From: Gemmatimonadota bacterium
GTDB taxonomy: Bacteria > Gemmatimonadota > Gemmatimonadetes > Palauibacterales > KS3-K002
Direction of reading: 5' to 3'
DNA: 64,000 bases
Assembly (NCBI GenBank): GCA_020350785.1
Contig: CP070722.1
Coordinates: 1,133,939 to 1,197,938 of the forward strand
This document shows positions 32,613 through 42,295 of the stretch, piece by piece. Position numbers and translations under genes: made by a program. Every line of letters begins with the position of its first letter. Positions within the stretch are counted from its first letter, which is position 1. The notes under the pieces are model-generated. The model did no database searches, was not told the DNA's origin, and saw nothing but the letters and a program-made list of their open reading frames with translations.

Positions 32613-33792
32613 TCGATTCTAGCGCCTCCTGCAAGATCTCCCGAGTGATCACGAGCGGCGGCGCGAAGCGCACGACCTGCTGATGAGTTTCCTTTGCCAG
32701 GATGCCGCGCTCTTTCAGGCTCTCACAAAACGGCCGCGCGGTTCCTGAAGCTTCCTTGATCACCACGCCGATCATCAGGCCCTTGCCGCGTACCTCCGCC
32801 ACGTGGGGAGAATCGATCGCCCGTAGCTCTTCCATGAACCACGCGCCCAGCTCGGCGGCTCGCTCGGGCAAGCGCTCATCCACAATGACCTGGAGGGCGG
32901 CGCGCCCGACCGCGGCGCCCAGCGGGTTACCGCCGAAGGTCGAGCCATGATCACCCGGCGTGAAGACATCCATGATCTCCCGATCCGCCAAGACGGCCGA
33001 GACCGGATATACCCCTCCACCCAGGGCCTTGCCGAGCATGATGATGTCCGGCCTCACTCCATCCCATTCCGCGCACAGCATCTGGCCCGTTCGACCCAAC
33101 CCCGTCTGTATCTCGTCGACCATCAGCATGACGTTGGCCGCGCCGCAGAGCTCGGCAGCCGCCTTCAGGTAGCCGGCCGGCGGAACGATAACACCCCCCT
33201 CGCCCTGAATCGGCTCGACCAGGAAACCCACGGTATTCTCGTTGATCGCGCCCCGGAGAGCGGCGATATCGCCGTAGGGGATCATCTTGAAGCCGGGCGT
33301 GAACGGCCCGAACCCATGCCGATACTGGTGCTCGCTCGAAAAACCGACGATCGTCGTCGTCCTGCCGTGGAAATTCTCCTCACAGACTACGATCTCCGCC
33401 GCTCCTGCCGGCACATTCTTCACGGTGTACCCCCACTTGCGCACCGCCTTGATGGCCGTCTCCACAGCCTCCGCGCCGGTGTTCATCGGGAGCGCCCTAG
33501 CGTAGCCCAACAACTCGCATAGTTGGTGGAGGAATGGACCCATCTGGTCGTTGTGGAACGCGCGCGAGGTCAGGGTCAGGCGATCGGCCTGCTCCTTCAG
33601 CGCCGCCAAGATTCTGGGGTGCCGGTGCCCTTGATTGACGGCCGAGTACGCGCTCAGCATGTCGAGATACCGGTTGCCGTCCACGTCCCAGACCCAGCAA
33701 CCTTCGCCGCGCTCGATTACCACGGGCAGCGGGTGGTAATTGTGCGCGCTCCAGCGATCTACCTCCTTGATGAACCCGTCGGTGCGACCCAT
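32572..33792 (-). CDS. rocD: Ornithine--oxo-acid aminotransferase (class III PLP aminotransferase)
   Basis: 406 aa. OAT-type N-terminus (HNYHPLPVVIERGEGCWVWDVDGNRYLDMLSAYSAVNQGHRHPRI) and the class III PLP-lysine region (MLGKALGGG). Confidence 0.8.
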   Translation of the reverse strand: MGRTDGFIKEVDRWSAHNYHPLPVVIERGEGCWVWDVDGNRYLDMLSAYSAVNQGHRHPRILAALKEQADRLTLTSRAFHNDQMGPFLHQLCELLGYARALPMNTGAEAVETAIKAVRKWGYTVKNVPAGAAEIVVCEENFHGRTTTIVGFSSEHQYRHGFGPFTPGFKMIPYGDIAALRGAINENTVGFLVEPIQGEGGVIVPPAGYLKAAAELCGAANVMLMVDEIQTGLGRTGQMLCAEWDGVRPDIIMLGKALGGGVYPVSAVLADREIMDVFTPGDHGSTFGGNPLGAAVGRAALQVIVDERLPERAAELGAWFMEELRAIDSPHVAEVRGKGLMIGVVIKEASGTARPFCESLKERGILAKETHQQVVRFAPPLVITREILQEALESIREVLLIPAAQPS

Positions 33793-33840
33793 CGCTTCCC
33801 TCGTTTCCGTGCCGTTTCGACCTAAGATCCCCGCCTCATC

Positions 33841-35016
33841 TCAGGCGCCAGCCACCAACGACAGCAGCCAGGCGCAGAGGAGTCCCCCATAGATGCCCAA
33901 GATGTAGCCCGAAACCCCCATCAACAGGCCCACTGGCGCCAGCGCCCGGTGATAGACCGAAGCCACGACCGGGGCTGATACCACACCGCCTATGTTGGCC
34001 ATACTGCCGGTGGCCACGAAGAACAGCGGCGCCCGGATCAGCAGCGCCGTGCCGAACAACAGGGCCGCGTGGACCGCGATCCAGAGCGCCCCTACCCCCA
34101 GATAGAGCGGCGCTTCCAGGACTTTCAAAAGGTCGGCCTGGGCACCGATGGCCGTCAGAAGCAAATAAAGCGCCAGATAGCCCAAGCGTGAAGCCCCGAC
34201 TTCCTCCAGACGGGACAGGGGCGTGAACGACAGCGCCAGTCCCACCGTGGTCACCAGCAGCACGGCCCAGGTAGTGTGGCTGATGATCGTCGGGTCGCCG
34301 AGCGGCGGCAAGCGATCTCCAACCGCCACACAGAGAAGGGCGCCACCGAATCCTACCGCCAGCACTTGTGCCAGGTCGCGGACCTCCGCCGGGCGACGGG
34401 CCTCGTCGTTCACCGCCAGTCGGCGATTGACCGCTTCCAGGGCACGAACATCGGCACGGGCGAAGCGGTCGAAGCGAGCCTGCCAAGCGCTCAGAAACAG
34501 AAGTACCCCCATCCAACCGTACCCGACCGCTGTGTCGACGACGATGATGGGTCCCATAACGCTGTCGGGTGTCCCCACACTCTCCTTGATCGCCACCATA
34601 TTGGGCGCTCCGCCGATCCAACTTCCTGACAGAGCCGCCATCCCCATCCACGTGTCGGCAGGCAGCCAGCGGCCCAAGACCAACAAAGTCAGCGGTCCGC
34701 CCACGACGATTCCCAGCGTGCCCGCCAGCATCATGACCAATGCCAGTCCGCCCAAGCGCGTGATGGCCGGAAGATCCACCGTCACCATCAGGAGGATCAG
34801 GCAAAACGGCAGCAGGTAGCGGATCATCCAGTCGTAGACCGGCGATGCCATCGGCGTGATGCCCAGGCTCGTGCTCAGCGTGGGTAGAAAATATGCGTAG
34901 ATGACCGGCGGTGTGATGCGAAAGAGCGGACGTAACCGGGGCCGGTTGCTCAGCCAGAAGATTGCGCCCAGGAGAGCCGCGAGATACGCGAAGAGGGCGG
35001 TAGGCTCGCGGATCAC
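33841..35016 (-). CDS. Polytopic membrane protein, DUF819-like
   Basis: 391 aa, about 10 TM helices. The family assignment is from general resemblance only. Confidence 0.4.
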   Translation of the reverse strand: MIREPTALFAYLAALLGAIFWLSNRPRLRPLFRITPPVIYAYFLPTLSTSLGITPMASPVYDWMIRYLLPFCLILLMVTVDLPAITRLGGLALVMMLAGTLGIVVGGPLTLLVLGRWLPADTWMGMAALSGSWIGGAPNMVAIKESVGTPDSVMGPIIVVDTAVGYGWMGVLLFLSAWQARFDRFARADVRALEAVNRRLAVNDEARRPAEVRDLAQVLAVGFGGALLCVAVGDRLPPLGDPTIISHTTWAVLLVTTVGLALSFTPLSRLEEVGASRLGYLALYLLLTAIGAQADLLKVLEAPLYLGVGALWIAVHAALLFGTALLIRAPLFFVATGSMANIGGVVSAPVVASVYHRALAPVGLLMGVSGYILGIYGGLLCAWLLSLVAGA

Positions 35017-35879
35017 CCGGCTGCCCCTCCGCGCGCCGCCTCCAGATCGCGAAGATACAGCTGCAAAGCCAGACGCGTCAGGTCGCCTGGCTTGCCATTG
35101 GACACCGCTTTGCCGTCCATCCGCACTACCGGCATTACCTCGGTCGTCGTACCGACGAGGAATACTTCGTCGGCCGTTCTGAACGCGTCCAGCGCCACCT
35201 TCTCCTCCCTCACGTCGACTCCCTCACCTCGCAAAGCCTCGATCGTGAAACGGCGGGTTATCGACGGCAGGATGTTCTCGATCGGGTGTGTGTAGACGGT
35301 GCCGCCGATCACGCAGAAAGCGCTGGAGTGCGCACCCTCGGTTACCTTGCCCTCCCGCACCATGATAGCCTCGAAGCCGCCCTCGGATCGTGCCTTCTGA
35401 TAGGCCATCACGTTGGGTAGCAGACCGATCGTCTTGACCTCGCAGTAGCCCCAGCGTAGGTCCGGCGCGGTGAGCACCGACACCCCGTCGCGCTGATATT
35501 CCTCGGTCGCACCCCTGAACGGGCGCGCCAGCATCACCAGCGTCGGTCGCGCTCCCTCGGGAAACGAGTGCTTGCGCGGCGCCACCCCCCGGGTGAGCTG
35601 GACGTAGATGGTGCCCTCCTCTGTACCGTTGGCGCGGGCTACCCCGTGCAGCGCGTCGCGAAACGCCTGACGCGCGAGCGGCAGCTCCATCTGCAGCGCT
35701 CGCGCGCCACGCTCGAGGCGATCGAGATGCGCTTCGACCCGAAACAAGTTTCCCCCAACCACCCGCACGACCTCGTAGATGCCATCGGCGAAATTGAACC
35801 CTCGGTCCTCTACCGAGATCTTCGCGTACTCGTGCGCAACGAGCTCTCCGTTCAGATAGACCATCTCCGGTTTCGACAT
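35013..35879 (-). CDS. Class IV PLP aminotransferase (D-amino-acid / branched-chain amino acid aminotransferase)
   Basis: 288 aa. Conserved N-terminus (YLNGELV...EDRGFNFADGIYEV) and core EGxxSNxF-like region (TEGAHSSAFCV) of fold-type IV aminotransferases. 4-nt overlap with the upstream DUF819 gene. Confidence 0.8.
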   Translation of the reverse strand: MSKPEMVYLNGELVAHEYAKISVEDRGFNFADGIYEVVRVVGGNLFRVEAHLDRLERGARALQMELPLARQAFRDALHGVARANGTEEGTIYVQLTRGVAPRKHSFPEGARPTLVMLARPFRGATEEYQRDGVSVLTAPDLRWGYCEVKTIGLLPNVMAYQKARSEGGFEAIMVREGKVTEGAHSSAFCVIGGTVYTHPIENILPSITRRFTIEALRGEGVDVREEKVALDAFRTADEVFLVGTTTEVMPVVRMDGKAVSNGKPGDLTRLALQLYLRDLEAARGGAAG

Positions 35880-36004
35880 CTTCCCCCTCGATCGAGCGAA
35901 TGATCAGCCTCTCCTCGAGCCCTGGCGCCGAACCTAAAACCTGGCCGGTGGAGCGGAAAGAGGTTTCAGGGCGTGTGCGACGCGCAGCGACTTTTTGCGG
36001 CGAG

Positions 36005-37429
36005 CTAAATCAGCGCGCCGACCAGCGCAAAGCCGGCTACCGCCAATCCCCCCGCAAGAAGCGCGTAGGGTATCTGCGTCCGAACGTGATCGATCACATC
36101 GGTTGCCGACGCCAGCGATGCTACGATCGTCGTGTCGCTGATCGGGCTGGCGTGGTCACCGAATACGCCGCCCGAGAGCGACGCTGCCAGAAAGGGCGCC
36201 GCCGGCAGGTCCAGAGCCAGGGCGGCCGGCACGGCGATCGGAATCATGATCGCGAAGGTTCCCCAACTCGTTCCGGTGGCGAAGGCGATCAAGGCGGCGC
36301 TGACGAAGGTAGCCGGCACCAACAAGACGGGTTGCGCGATTCCGCGAACCAGCTCGGCGACGTACGGCCCTGTGCCCAATCTCACGCAGACGTCACCCAG
36401 CGTGATGGCCAGTAGCAGTATCAAGACCAAGCCCAGCAGCGCCTCCACGCCCTTGAGCCCAAGACGAACCAGTTCGTCCAGCGTGGCGAAGCGTTGTACC
36501 AGCATCAAGACCCAGGCCGTCAGGTTGCCGGCGATCACTGCCCAGAGGGCGCTGGTCGATCCGGATCCCTGCCCCAACACTCCGCCCCCTGTGATGAAGA
36601 GCCCGACCGGCATCGTCACAACCATGACGATGATCGGGATCAGCATGTTCAAGGCGCGCGGCGGCACCTCGCGTTGCAGCCGAACCTTGAACAGCTGCTC
36701 GTCGACGGTCAGCTCACCTTCGGGACTCAGCACCTTACCCTCGGCAGCCCGCGCCTCGGCCCCTCTCATCGGGCCCAGGTTGAGCCCGGTCCAGGCGGTG
36801 AACCCGGCCAGGGTTACAGCGGCAATGGCGTAGAGGTTGATGGGGATCGAGCGCACGAAGACGTTCAGTGGGTCGGCTACTCCCAACCCGCCCAGAATCC
36901 CCAGGACCAGGGCGCCCCAGGCATTGAATGGGATCAAGATGCAGATGGGAGCCGACGTTGAGTCAGCGATGTAAGCCAGCTTCTCGCGGGCGGCTCGATA
37001 GCGGTCGAACAGCGGCCGGCAGACGGCACCCGTCACCAGCAACGTGATGTTCGACTCGATGAAAATGGCAACGCCGATGAGCCAGGCGAGTACGCCGGCA
37101 CCTCGTTGGCTCCTTACCAGTCGCCGCCCCTCCAGCCAGCGAACGAAGCCCTCCACCCCACCCGAGGCCTCGACATAGACGACCAGCGCCCCGATGAGGA
37201 GGCTGAAGAAGAGAATCCGCGTGTTGCTGGGTTCGCCCACGACGCCGACCGTGCCCTCAATCGCGCCTCCCAGACCCGCCAGCGGGTTGCCCCCGCTGAT
37301 GATCGTCCAGCCCAACCAGACTCCCGTGGCCAGCGCCACGTAGACCTGCCGAGTCCAGATGGCCAGTCCAATGGCCACGAGCGGAGGCAGCAGCGACAAC
37401 AGAGTCGGTTCCAGGGCGGTGGCGTTCAT
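36005..37429 (-). CDS. NhaC-family transporter (Na+/H+ antiporter or amino-acid antiporter)
   Basis: 474 aa, 11-12 TM helices. N-terminus MNATALEPTLLSLLPPLVAIGLAIWTRQVYVAL is typical of NhaC. Confidence 0.75.
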   Translation of the reverse strand: MNATALEPTLLSLLPPLVAIGLAIWTRQVYVALATGVWLGWTIISGGNPLAGLGGAIEGTVGVVGEPSNTRILFFSLLIGALVVYVEASGGVEGFVRWLEGRRLVRSQRGAGVLAWLIGVAIFIESNITLLVTGAVCRPLFDRYRAAREKLAYIADSTSAPICILIPFNAWGALVLGILGGLGVADPLNVFVRSIPINLYAIAAVTLAGFTAWTGLNLGPMRGAEARAAEGKVLSPEGELTVDEQLFKVRLQREVPPRALNMLIPIIVMVVTMPVGLFITGGGVLGQGSGSTSALWAVIAGNLTAWVLMLVQRFATLDELVRLGLKGVEALLGLVLILLLAITLGDVCVRLGTGPYVAELVRGIAQPVLLVPATFVSAALIAFATGTSWGTFAIMIPIAVPAALALDLPAAPFLAASLSGGVFGDHASPISDTTIVASLASATDVIDHVRTQIPYALLAGGLAVAGFALVGALI

Positions 37430-37597
37430 ATCGCTCCCTTTGGATCATCCGCCGGGTCTCACCCCCCGGGGATGGCGGAAACCCCTTCAATCCACCATGT
37501 TACGCGTGTCATGACAAGAAGGCTCACTATTTACGGCCGTGTGCTTCCCGGCACAAGGCGGCCCGCCCATTGATCCGATCTCACCAAGGAGGCACAG

Positions 37598-38233
37598 GTG
37601 ACCCGACAACGCTCGAGACTCACGTTTGGCGTAGTTTGCGTGCTGGCCGCCTGCGTCGGCAGCGATGAGCAGCCTCGCGAAGAAGCGGCAGGAGCGGCTT
37701 CACTTCCGCCCGATCTTGAGAGTGCAGCACCCCGCGTTGCCCTGCAAACCAGCCTGGGCCGGATCGTCCTCGAGCTGGACCGTGACAAGGCCCCGCAGAC
37801 CGTCGAGAATTTCCTTTACCACGTCGAGAACCACTTCTACGACGGCCTCACTTTCCACCGGGTGATGCCGGGCTTCATGATCCAGGCGGGCGGCTTCACC
37901 CCGGAGATGATGCAGCGTCAGTCACCGCGTCCGCCGATTCGTAACGAGGCGAACAACGGCCTGAAGAACTTTCGCGGCGCCCTAGCCATGGCCCGCTTGC
38001 CCAGTCCGCACACAGCCACCTCGCAGTTCTTCATCAACCTGGTGGACAACGCCCAGCTCGACTTCACGGCCGAGACCCCGCAAGGTTGGGGCTACGCCGT
38101 CTTCGGCCGCGTCATCGAGGGAATGGAGGTGGTCGACGCCATCGCTGCGGTGCCGACCGGCAGCCGCGCCGGCCACAATGACGTCCCGCTCGACCCGATC
38201 ACCATCGAGCGAGCCGAGATACTCTCGAAGTAG
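37598..38233 (+). CDS. ppiA: Cyclophilin-type peptidyl-prolyl cis-trans isomerase, secreted/lipoprotein
   Basis: 211 aa. Signal/lipobox (LAACVGS). Cyclophilin motifs FHRVMPGFMIQAGGF and SQFFINL. Confidence 0.9.
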   Translation: MTRQRSRLTFGVVCVLAACVGSDEQPREEAAGAASLPPDLESAAPRVALQTSLGRIVLELDRDKAPQTVENFLYHVENHFYDGLTFHRVMPGFMIQAGGFTPEMMQRQSPRPPIRNEANNGLKNFRGALAMARLPSPHTATSQFFINLVDNAQLDFTAETPQGWGYAVFGRVIEGMEVVDAIAAVPTGSRAGHNDVPLDPITIERAEILSK

Positions 38234-38270
38234 CGAAGACCCGATAAGGGACGCGCGGCCCGTGTCTCCT

Positions 38271-39167
38271 ATGGACCTGGCCGAATTGCTCAGCCAGGTC
38301 GACGAGCATCGACTGGAGGACCACGTCCGCCGCCTGGAGGGGCCGCGGCATCCACAAAGGGATCCTGCGGCGCTCGCGGCGGCAGAGGAGCTGATCGCGG
38401 ACGAGCTGAGCCGGGCGTCTCTGACGGTGGAAAGGCAGCCATTCTCGTTCCGGGGCGTCGGCTACCATAACGTCGTCGGCACCCTGAACGGCGCGCAGCC
38501 GGACCTTCCCGGCCTACTGGTCGGCGCCCACTTCGACACCGTCGCGCACTCCCCAGGGGCGGACGACAACGCCAGTGGGGTAGCCGTGTTGCTTGAGGCC
38601 GCCCGACTGGCGGCCCGGATGAAGGTGCTCCGCCAGGTTCAGTTCGTCGGCTTCAACCTGGAAGAGCCACAGGATATGCTGGGAACTTACCGGGTGGGCA
38701 GCACCCACTTCGCCCGGGAAGCCCGTCGCGCCGGCCACCGCTACCTGGGGGCGTTGGTTCTGGAGATGGTGGGCTACACCGACGAGCGCTCCGGCGGCCA
38801 GCAGGTGCCGCCGCTCGTTTTCAAGCGAGTTCCCGACACCGGAACGTTCTTGGCCGCGGTCGGTGATGGCCGCTCACGGCGACTGCTGAGGTCCTTCGAA
38901 GACGCCGCCCGGCAGCACGTGCCCGCGCTGGAGATCGTTACCTATCAAACCCACCTGAGAGGCTGGACCTTGCCGCTTACGCGCTTGAGCGACAACGCTT
39001 CCTTCTGGGACCGACGCTACCCTGCCCTGATGATCTCCGACACGGCGTTCCTGCGGAACCCGCATTACCACCAGCTTTCCGATCTCGCGGAGACACTGGA
39101 TTTCAGTTTCATGAAACAGGTCACCCAAGCCGTGGTGGCCGCGATCAACGCTCTGGGCCGAGGGTGA
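38271..39167 (+). CDS. M28-family zinc aminopeptidase
   Basis: Start moved to the internal Met (MDLAELL...) to avoid overlap with ppiA. Metal-binding motifs GAHFDTVAHSPGADDNASGVAVLLE and NLEE. Confidence 0.8.
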   Translation: MDLAELLSQVDEHRLEDHVRRLEGPRHPQRDPAALAAAEELIADELSRASLTVERQPFSFRGVGYHNVVGTLNGAQPDLPGLLVGAHFDTVAHSPGADDNASGVAVLLEAARLAARMKVLRQVQFVGFNLEEPQDMLGTYRVGSTHFAREARRAGHRYLGALVLEMVGYTDERSGGQQVPPLVFKRVPDTGTFLAAVGDGRSRRLLRSFEDAARQHVPALEIVTYQTHLRGWTLPLTRLSDNASFWDRRYPALMISDTAFLRNPHYHQLSDLAETLDFSFMKQVTQAVVAAINALGRG

Positions 39168-39232
39168 GTGCCGGCGGCAGATACGGACGGCCGCCGCTCG
39201 GACTGGTTGGAGAACTGGGGGCCTGGGACGGC

Positions 39233-39430
39233 CTAGTTGCCGACCTCCTCAGCCGCGCCCTCCCGCGCACGGCTTGGCTCGCCTACGGTGTGATCGGCGA
39301 AATTCTCGACCCGCCCGACAACGCGCTCGAAGATCATCCGCTCGTTGGTCTGCGCGTCTTTGAATCCGGCGCAATAACCCATGAGGGCGCCCACCAGCAG
39401 AATGAAGATGCGACCAAAGAAGCTATCCAC
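39233..39430 (-). CDS. Possible small membrane protein (65 aa)
   Basis: One TM helix (IFILLVGALMGYCAGF). More plausible than the overlapping plus-strand ORF 39164..39589, whose product is low-complexity. Confidence 0.3.
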   Translation of the reverse strand: MDSFFGRIFILLVGALMGYCAGFKDAQTNERMIFERVVGRVENFADHTVGEPSRAREGAAEEVGN

Positions 39431-39639
39431 GCGTCCGTGTCCTCTCCTATAGATCCTGTCGGGGCGGGGTGTCGGGTGCCGGCCGATGAAAGGGACGGGG
39501 CAAGACAGCCGCGTAAGGCCCGGGAGAAAAAGGAAGTGATTTCACCTTACGCGGTGCCATCGGGCGCGTCTGCCCCGTCATGTGTTTAACCATCGCAGCA
39601 ACCGGAAGGTTCCATCCGGTACGGGGCGCGCCGCGAGGC

Positions 39640-40227
39640 TCAGGGAATCAAGCCTACAGCCACGTCGATACCTAGGGCCACACCCCCGACATCGGCTGAG
39701 CCGATCAGGTAACCCAGCTGAAAACCCGCATTCACGAACGGGGCCGGGTTGTAACCCACTCGCACCCAGGGGTAGCCGACGAAGATCGTCTCACGCCGGC
39801 GGCGCAATTCCTCGATGTCTCCGGCCGCCCCCAGACTCTCTTCGATCGTCAGCACGCCGCCGCCCAGCAGACCGCCGACGATAAGCTCCAAGTTCTGCTG
39901 GACTGCCAGGTACTCAGCCGTGAAGCCCCCTGCTGACAGCCCCCCTTGCACCTTGTTGCCGGATTCGTTGAGGCCCTCGTCCGTGAAGCCGCCCCCGAAA
40001 GCGCCGCCGCCCAGCCGCACCTTCCCGGTCTGAAGGAAGCCGCGGCCGCCGATGGCGATGACGTTACCCACATCGCGATCGAAGCTGCGTTCGGTCGTCA
40101 AGCCCGGATCGAGATAGATGAGCCATACACCTCCACCGCCACCGTAGTCTCCGCCGAAGCGCTGGGCGTAGGCCGGCCCTCCCGTGAACAGAAATCCAAT
40201 CGCCGCGAGCGCCAGGGCTTTGATCAT
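39640..40227 (-). CDS. Secreted glycine-rich hypothetical protein
   Basis: 195 aa. Signal peptide MIKALALAAIGFLFTGGPAYAQ, then GG-rich repeats (GGDYGGGGG, GGGAFGGGFT, GGLSAGGFT, GGLLGGGVL). Confidence 0.5.
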   Translation of the reverse strand: MIKALALAAIGFLFTGGPAYAQRFGGDYGGGGGVWLIYLDPGLTTERSFDRDVGNVIAIGGRGFLQTGKVRLGGGAFGGGFTDEGLNESGNKVQGGLSAGGFTAEYLAVQQNLELIVGGLLGGGVLTIEESLGAAGDIEELRRRRETIFVGYPWVRVGYNPAPFVNAGFQLGYLIGSADVGGVALGIDVAVGLIP

Positions 40228-41165
40228 CAGCCGCCTCCCCCCGCGCTGGCGCGGGCCGACTCCAGCATCGCCTTGATGCGTGGCGACACCTCCTCGGCCG
40301 GCACGACTTCCATGTAGCGGTCCCAGGCCTCGACCGCCGTCGGATAGTCGCCGAACATGTAGGAGACCATCCCTTTGAACTGCAGAGCCTCGGCAAAATT
40401 CGGATCGATCGCCAACGCGCTATCAAACGATGCGATCACTCCCTGCGGATGTTCAGTGCTGAAGAGCAGCATACCCAGGTGCGTTAGGGCCTCCGGATTC
40501 CTGGGATCGAGGACCAGCGCCCGGCGTGTGACCTCGGCCAACGACGGGTACTGCTGCATGCGCAGGTAGAGGTGACCCAGCGCCACCAGCGCCTCCACGT
40601 TATCCGGCTCGTCCCGCACGATTCGCTCTAGCTCCGCCAGCTGTTCCCGATCGACTTCCGCCACCGGCATACCCGCCGGTCGCGCTTCATCCTGGCCCGG
40701 CAACGACCCCGTAATCGTATCGTTCTCGGATCGCGGCCGCAGCGCCGTTGACATGACCAGCCAGGCCAGTGCGATGAAGGCGATCGTGCCGGCGACCCAG
40801 GCCACTGTTGTGGTCATGCCAGAGGTCCGGCGGCCTGGAGTGGGCTCGCGCGTCGGGGAGCGAGCTTCACTCTCGGAAGCGACCAGCTCCTCGCTCAAGC
40901 GGGCCGCCGCGCCCGCGTAGCGCCTGCGAAGCTGTTCGTAGTCGGCTTCGGAAAGGTTACCGGCCTCGTAGTCGGCCTCGATCTCCTCTAGTGAGCGCAA
41001 GGCCGCTTCCTGACGCTCCTCCAGATCAACACGCCTCGCGCTGGCTTCGGCCTCGCCGTCCGGCCCCGTCTCCGCTTCGCTCGCCGCGCCCTTGAACGTC
41101 GCGAACAACACGGCGACGATGCCGCCGCCCACAGCGAGTACGAGCAATAGTTCTGTGAGCCCCAC
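40227..41165 (-). CDS. ccmI: TPR-repeat protein, CcmI/CycH-like cytochrome c maturation accessory protein
   Basis: 312 aa. N-terminal TM helix, then TPR repeats (ALVALGHLYLRMQQYPSLAEVTRRALVLDPRNPEALTHLGMLLF...AIDPNFAEALQFKGMVSY). Positioned immediately downstream of ccmH in the same operon. Confidence 0.6.
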   Translation of the reverse strand: MGLTELLLVLAVGGGIVAVLFATFKGAASEAETGPDGEAEASARRVDLEERQEAALRSLEEIEADYEAGNLSEADYEQLRRRYAGAAARLSEELVASESEARSPTREPTPGRRTSGMTTTVAWVAGTIAFIALAWLVMSTALRPRSENDTITGSLPGQDEARPAGMPVAEVDREQLAELERIVRDEPDNVEALVALGHLYLRMQQYPSLAEVTRRALVLDPRNPEALTHLGMLLFSTEHPQGVIASFDSALAIDPNFAEALQFKGMVSYMFGDYPTAVEAWDRYMEVVPAEEVSPRIKAMLESARASAGGGG

Positions 41166-41168
41166 CGC

Positions 41169-41654
41169 CTATATCTCCCCTTCCTGCCCTTCCTCAGCGG
41201 CGCGCGCTTGCCCTTGCTGGACCCAACGCCGCGCCGTCATCAGTACGAAGACCAGCCCACCCGCGAGCAGGAGGACCGGTAGGAGCCAAACTGTCCAATT
41301 GAACCCTTCGGCCTTGGGCTGCAAGAGTATCCACTCGCCGTAGCGTTCCACGAAATAAGCGGTCACCTCGTCGGGCGTCTTGCCGGAGAGCAGCTGGTCG
41401 CGTATGAGGCCGCGCATCTCCTGCGCCATCCCCGACGGCGAGTCCAAGACCGAGAGGGCCCGGCAGGTGGGGCAGCGCAGGTTGGCGGCGATCTCGCGAA
41501 CCTGCTCCTCCAGGGCGGGATCGACCTGCTCCGTCGTGACGGCCGGACTCTCCTCCTGAGCTCCCCAACCTTCCTGGACCGCCAGCGCGACAGCCGCAAT
41601 CAGCGCGACGACCAGGAGTACGTGTTGGACCGCGATCTTCTTGACGGATATCAC
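41169..41654 (-). CDS. ccmH: Cytochrome c-type biogenesis protein CcmH
   Basis: 161 aa. Signal peptide, LRCPTC (CxxC) motif, C-terminal TM. Confidence 0.8.
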   Translation of the reverse strand: MISVKKIAVQHVLLVVALIAAVALAVQEGWGAQEESPAVTTEQVDPALEEQVREIAANLRCPTCRALSVLDSPSGMAQEMRGLIRDQLLSGKTPDEVTAYFVERYGEWILLQPKAEGFNWTVWLLPVLLLAGGLVFVLMTARRWVQQGQARAAEEGQEGEI

Positions 41655-42295
41655 GGCTGGCCCTCGCTCGTCGGCCGATCGGATTCCTCGACCGGCTGGT
41701 CACCCACATGACCCGGACTCTCACCCACCGATATCGCCTCCGCTGATCTCTCCGTCGCGGTCAAGTCCCCTGTCGCTGGAGCAGCCAGGAGCGAGTCAAC
41801 TTTCTGATGGAGTAGCGCACGACTCACCGGTCCGATCTGCTTGAAAGCGATGCGGCCAGTCTTGTCGATGAAGTAGGTTTCCGGCACGCCGTAGACGCCG
41901 TAATCGATCGCGATACGCGAGTTCGGGTCGATCAGGCTGGGCCAATCTCCGCCCCGCATCCGCATCCAGCGGCGCGCGTTCTCGGGGGTGTCCTGGTAGA
42001 CGATGCCCAGCATCTGGAAGTCGCTGTCGGCATAGAGGCGTTCCGCCTCAACGAAGTAGCCATGCTCCTCGATGCAAGCCACACACCACGACGCCCAGAA
42101 GTTCATCACCACCACGCTACCCCTGAGATCGGCGAGGCGAACCGTGTCCCCATCCAGCGTTTCCGAGGAAAACGCGAAGGCCTCGCGCCCCGGTAACGGT
42201 GACTCGATCTTGTTCGGATCGCGGGTGAGCCCGTAGGCCAGCAGCGCGATGATCGGTATAGCGCTCGCTGGTATCAGCAATTTCTTGAAGCTCAT
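41651..42295 (-). CDS. ccmG: Thiol:disulfide interchange protein CcmG/DsbE
   Basis: 214 aa. Thioredoxin fold with WASWCVAC active site and the GVYGVPETYFID motif of DsbE/CcmG. Confidence 0.85.
   Translation of the reverse strand: MSFKKLLIPASAIPIIALLAYGLTRDPNKIESPLPGREAFAFSSETLDGDTVRLADLRGSVVVMNFWASWCVACIEEHGYFVEAERLYADSDFQMLGIVYQDTPENARRWMRMRGGDWPSLIDPNSRIAIDYGVYGVPETYFIDKTGRIAFKQIGPVSRALLHQKVDSLLAAPATGDLTATERSAEAISVGESPGHVGDQPVEESDRPTSEGQP

Noticed and set aside
39509-39554. 10-bp inverted repeat (ccgcgtaagg ... ccttacgcgg) with a 26-nt loop containing gggagaaaaaggaag
   Set aside because: Long loop, no U-tract, and its position between two weakly supported small ORFs. It could be a weak terminator or RBS-sequestering structure, but the evidence is too thin to call a feature.
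39164-39589. 141-aa plus-strand ORF overlapping the small membrane-protein ORF 39233..39430(-)
   Set aside because: The product has no hydrophobic core or motif and overlaps the 3' end of the M28 peptidase gene. The minus-strand 65-aa TM protein is the more plausible, though still weak, coding interpretation.
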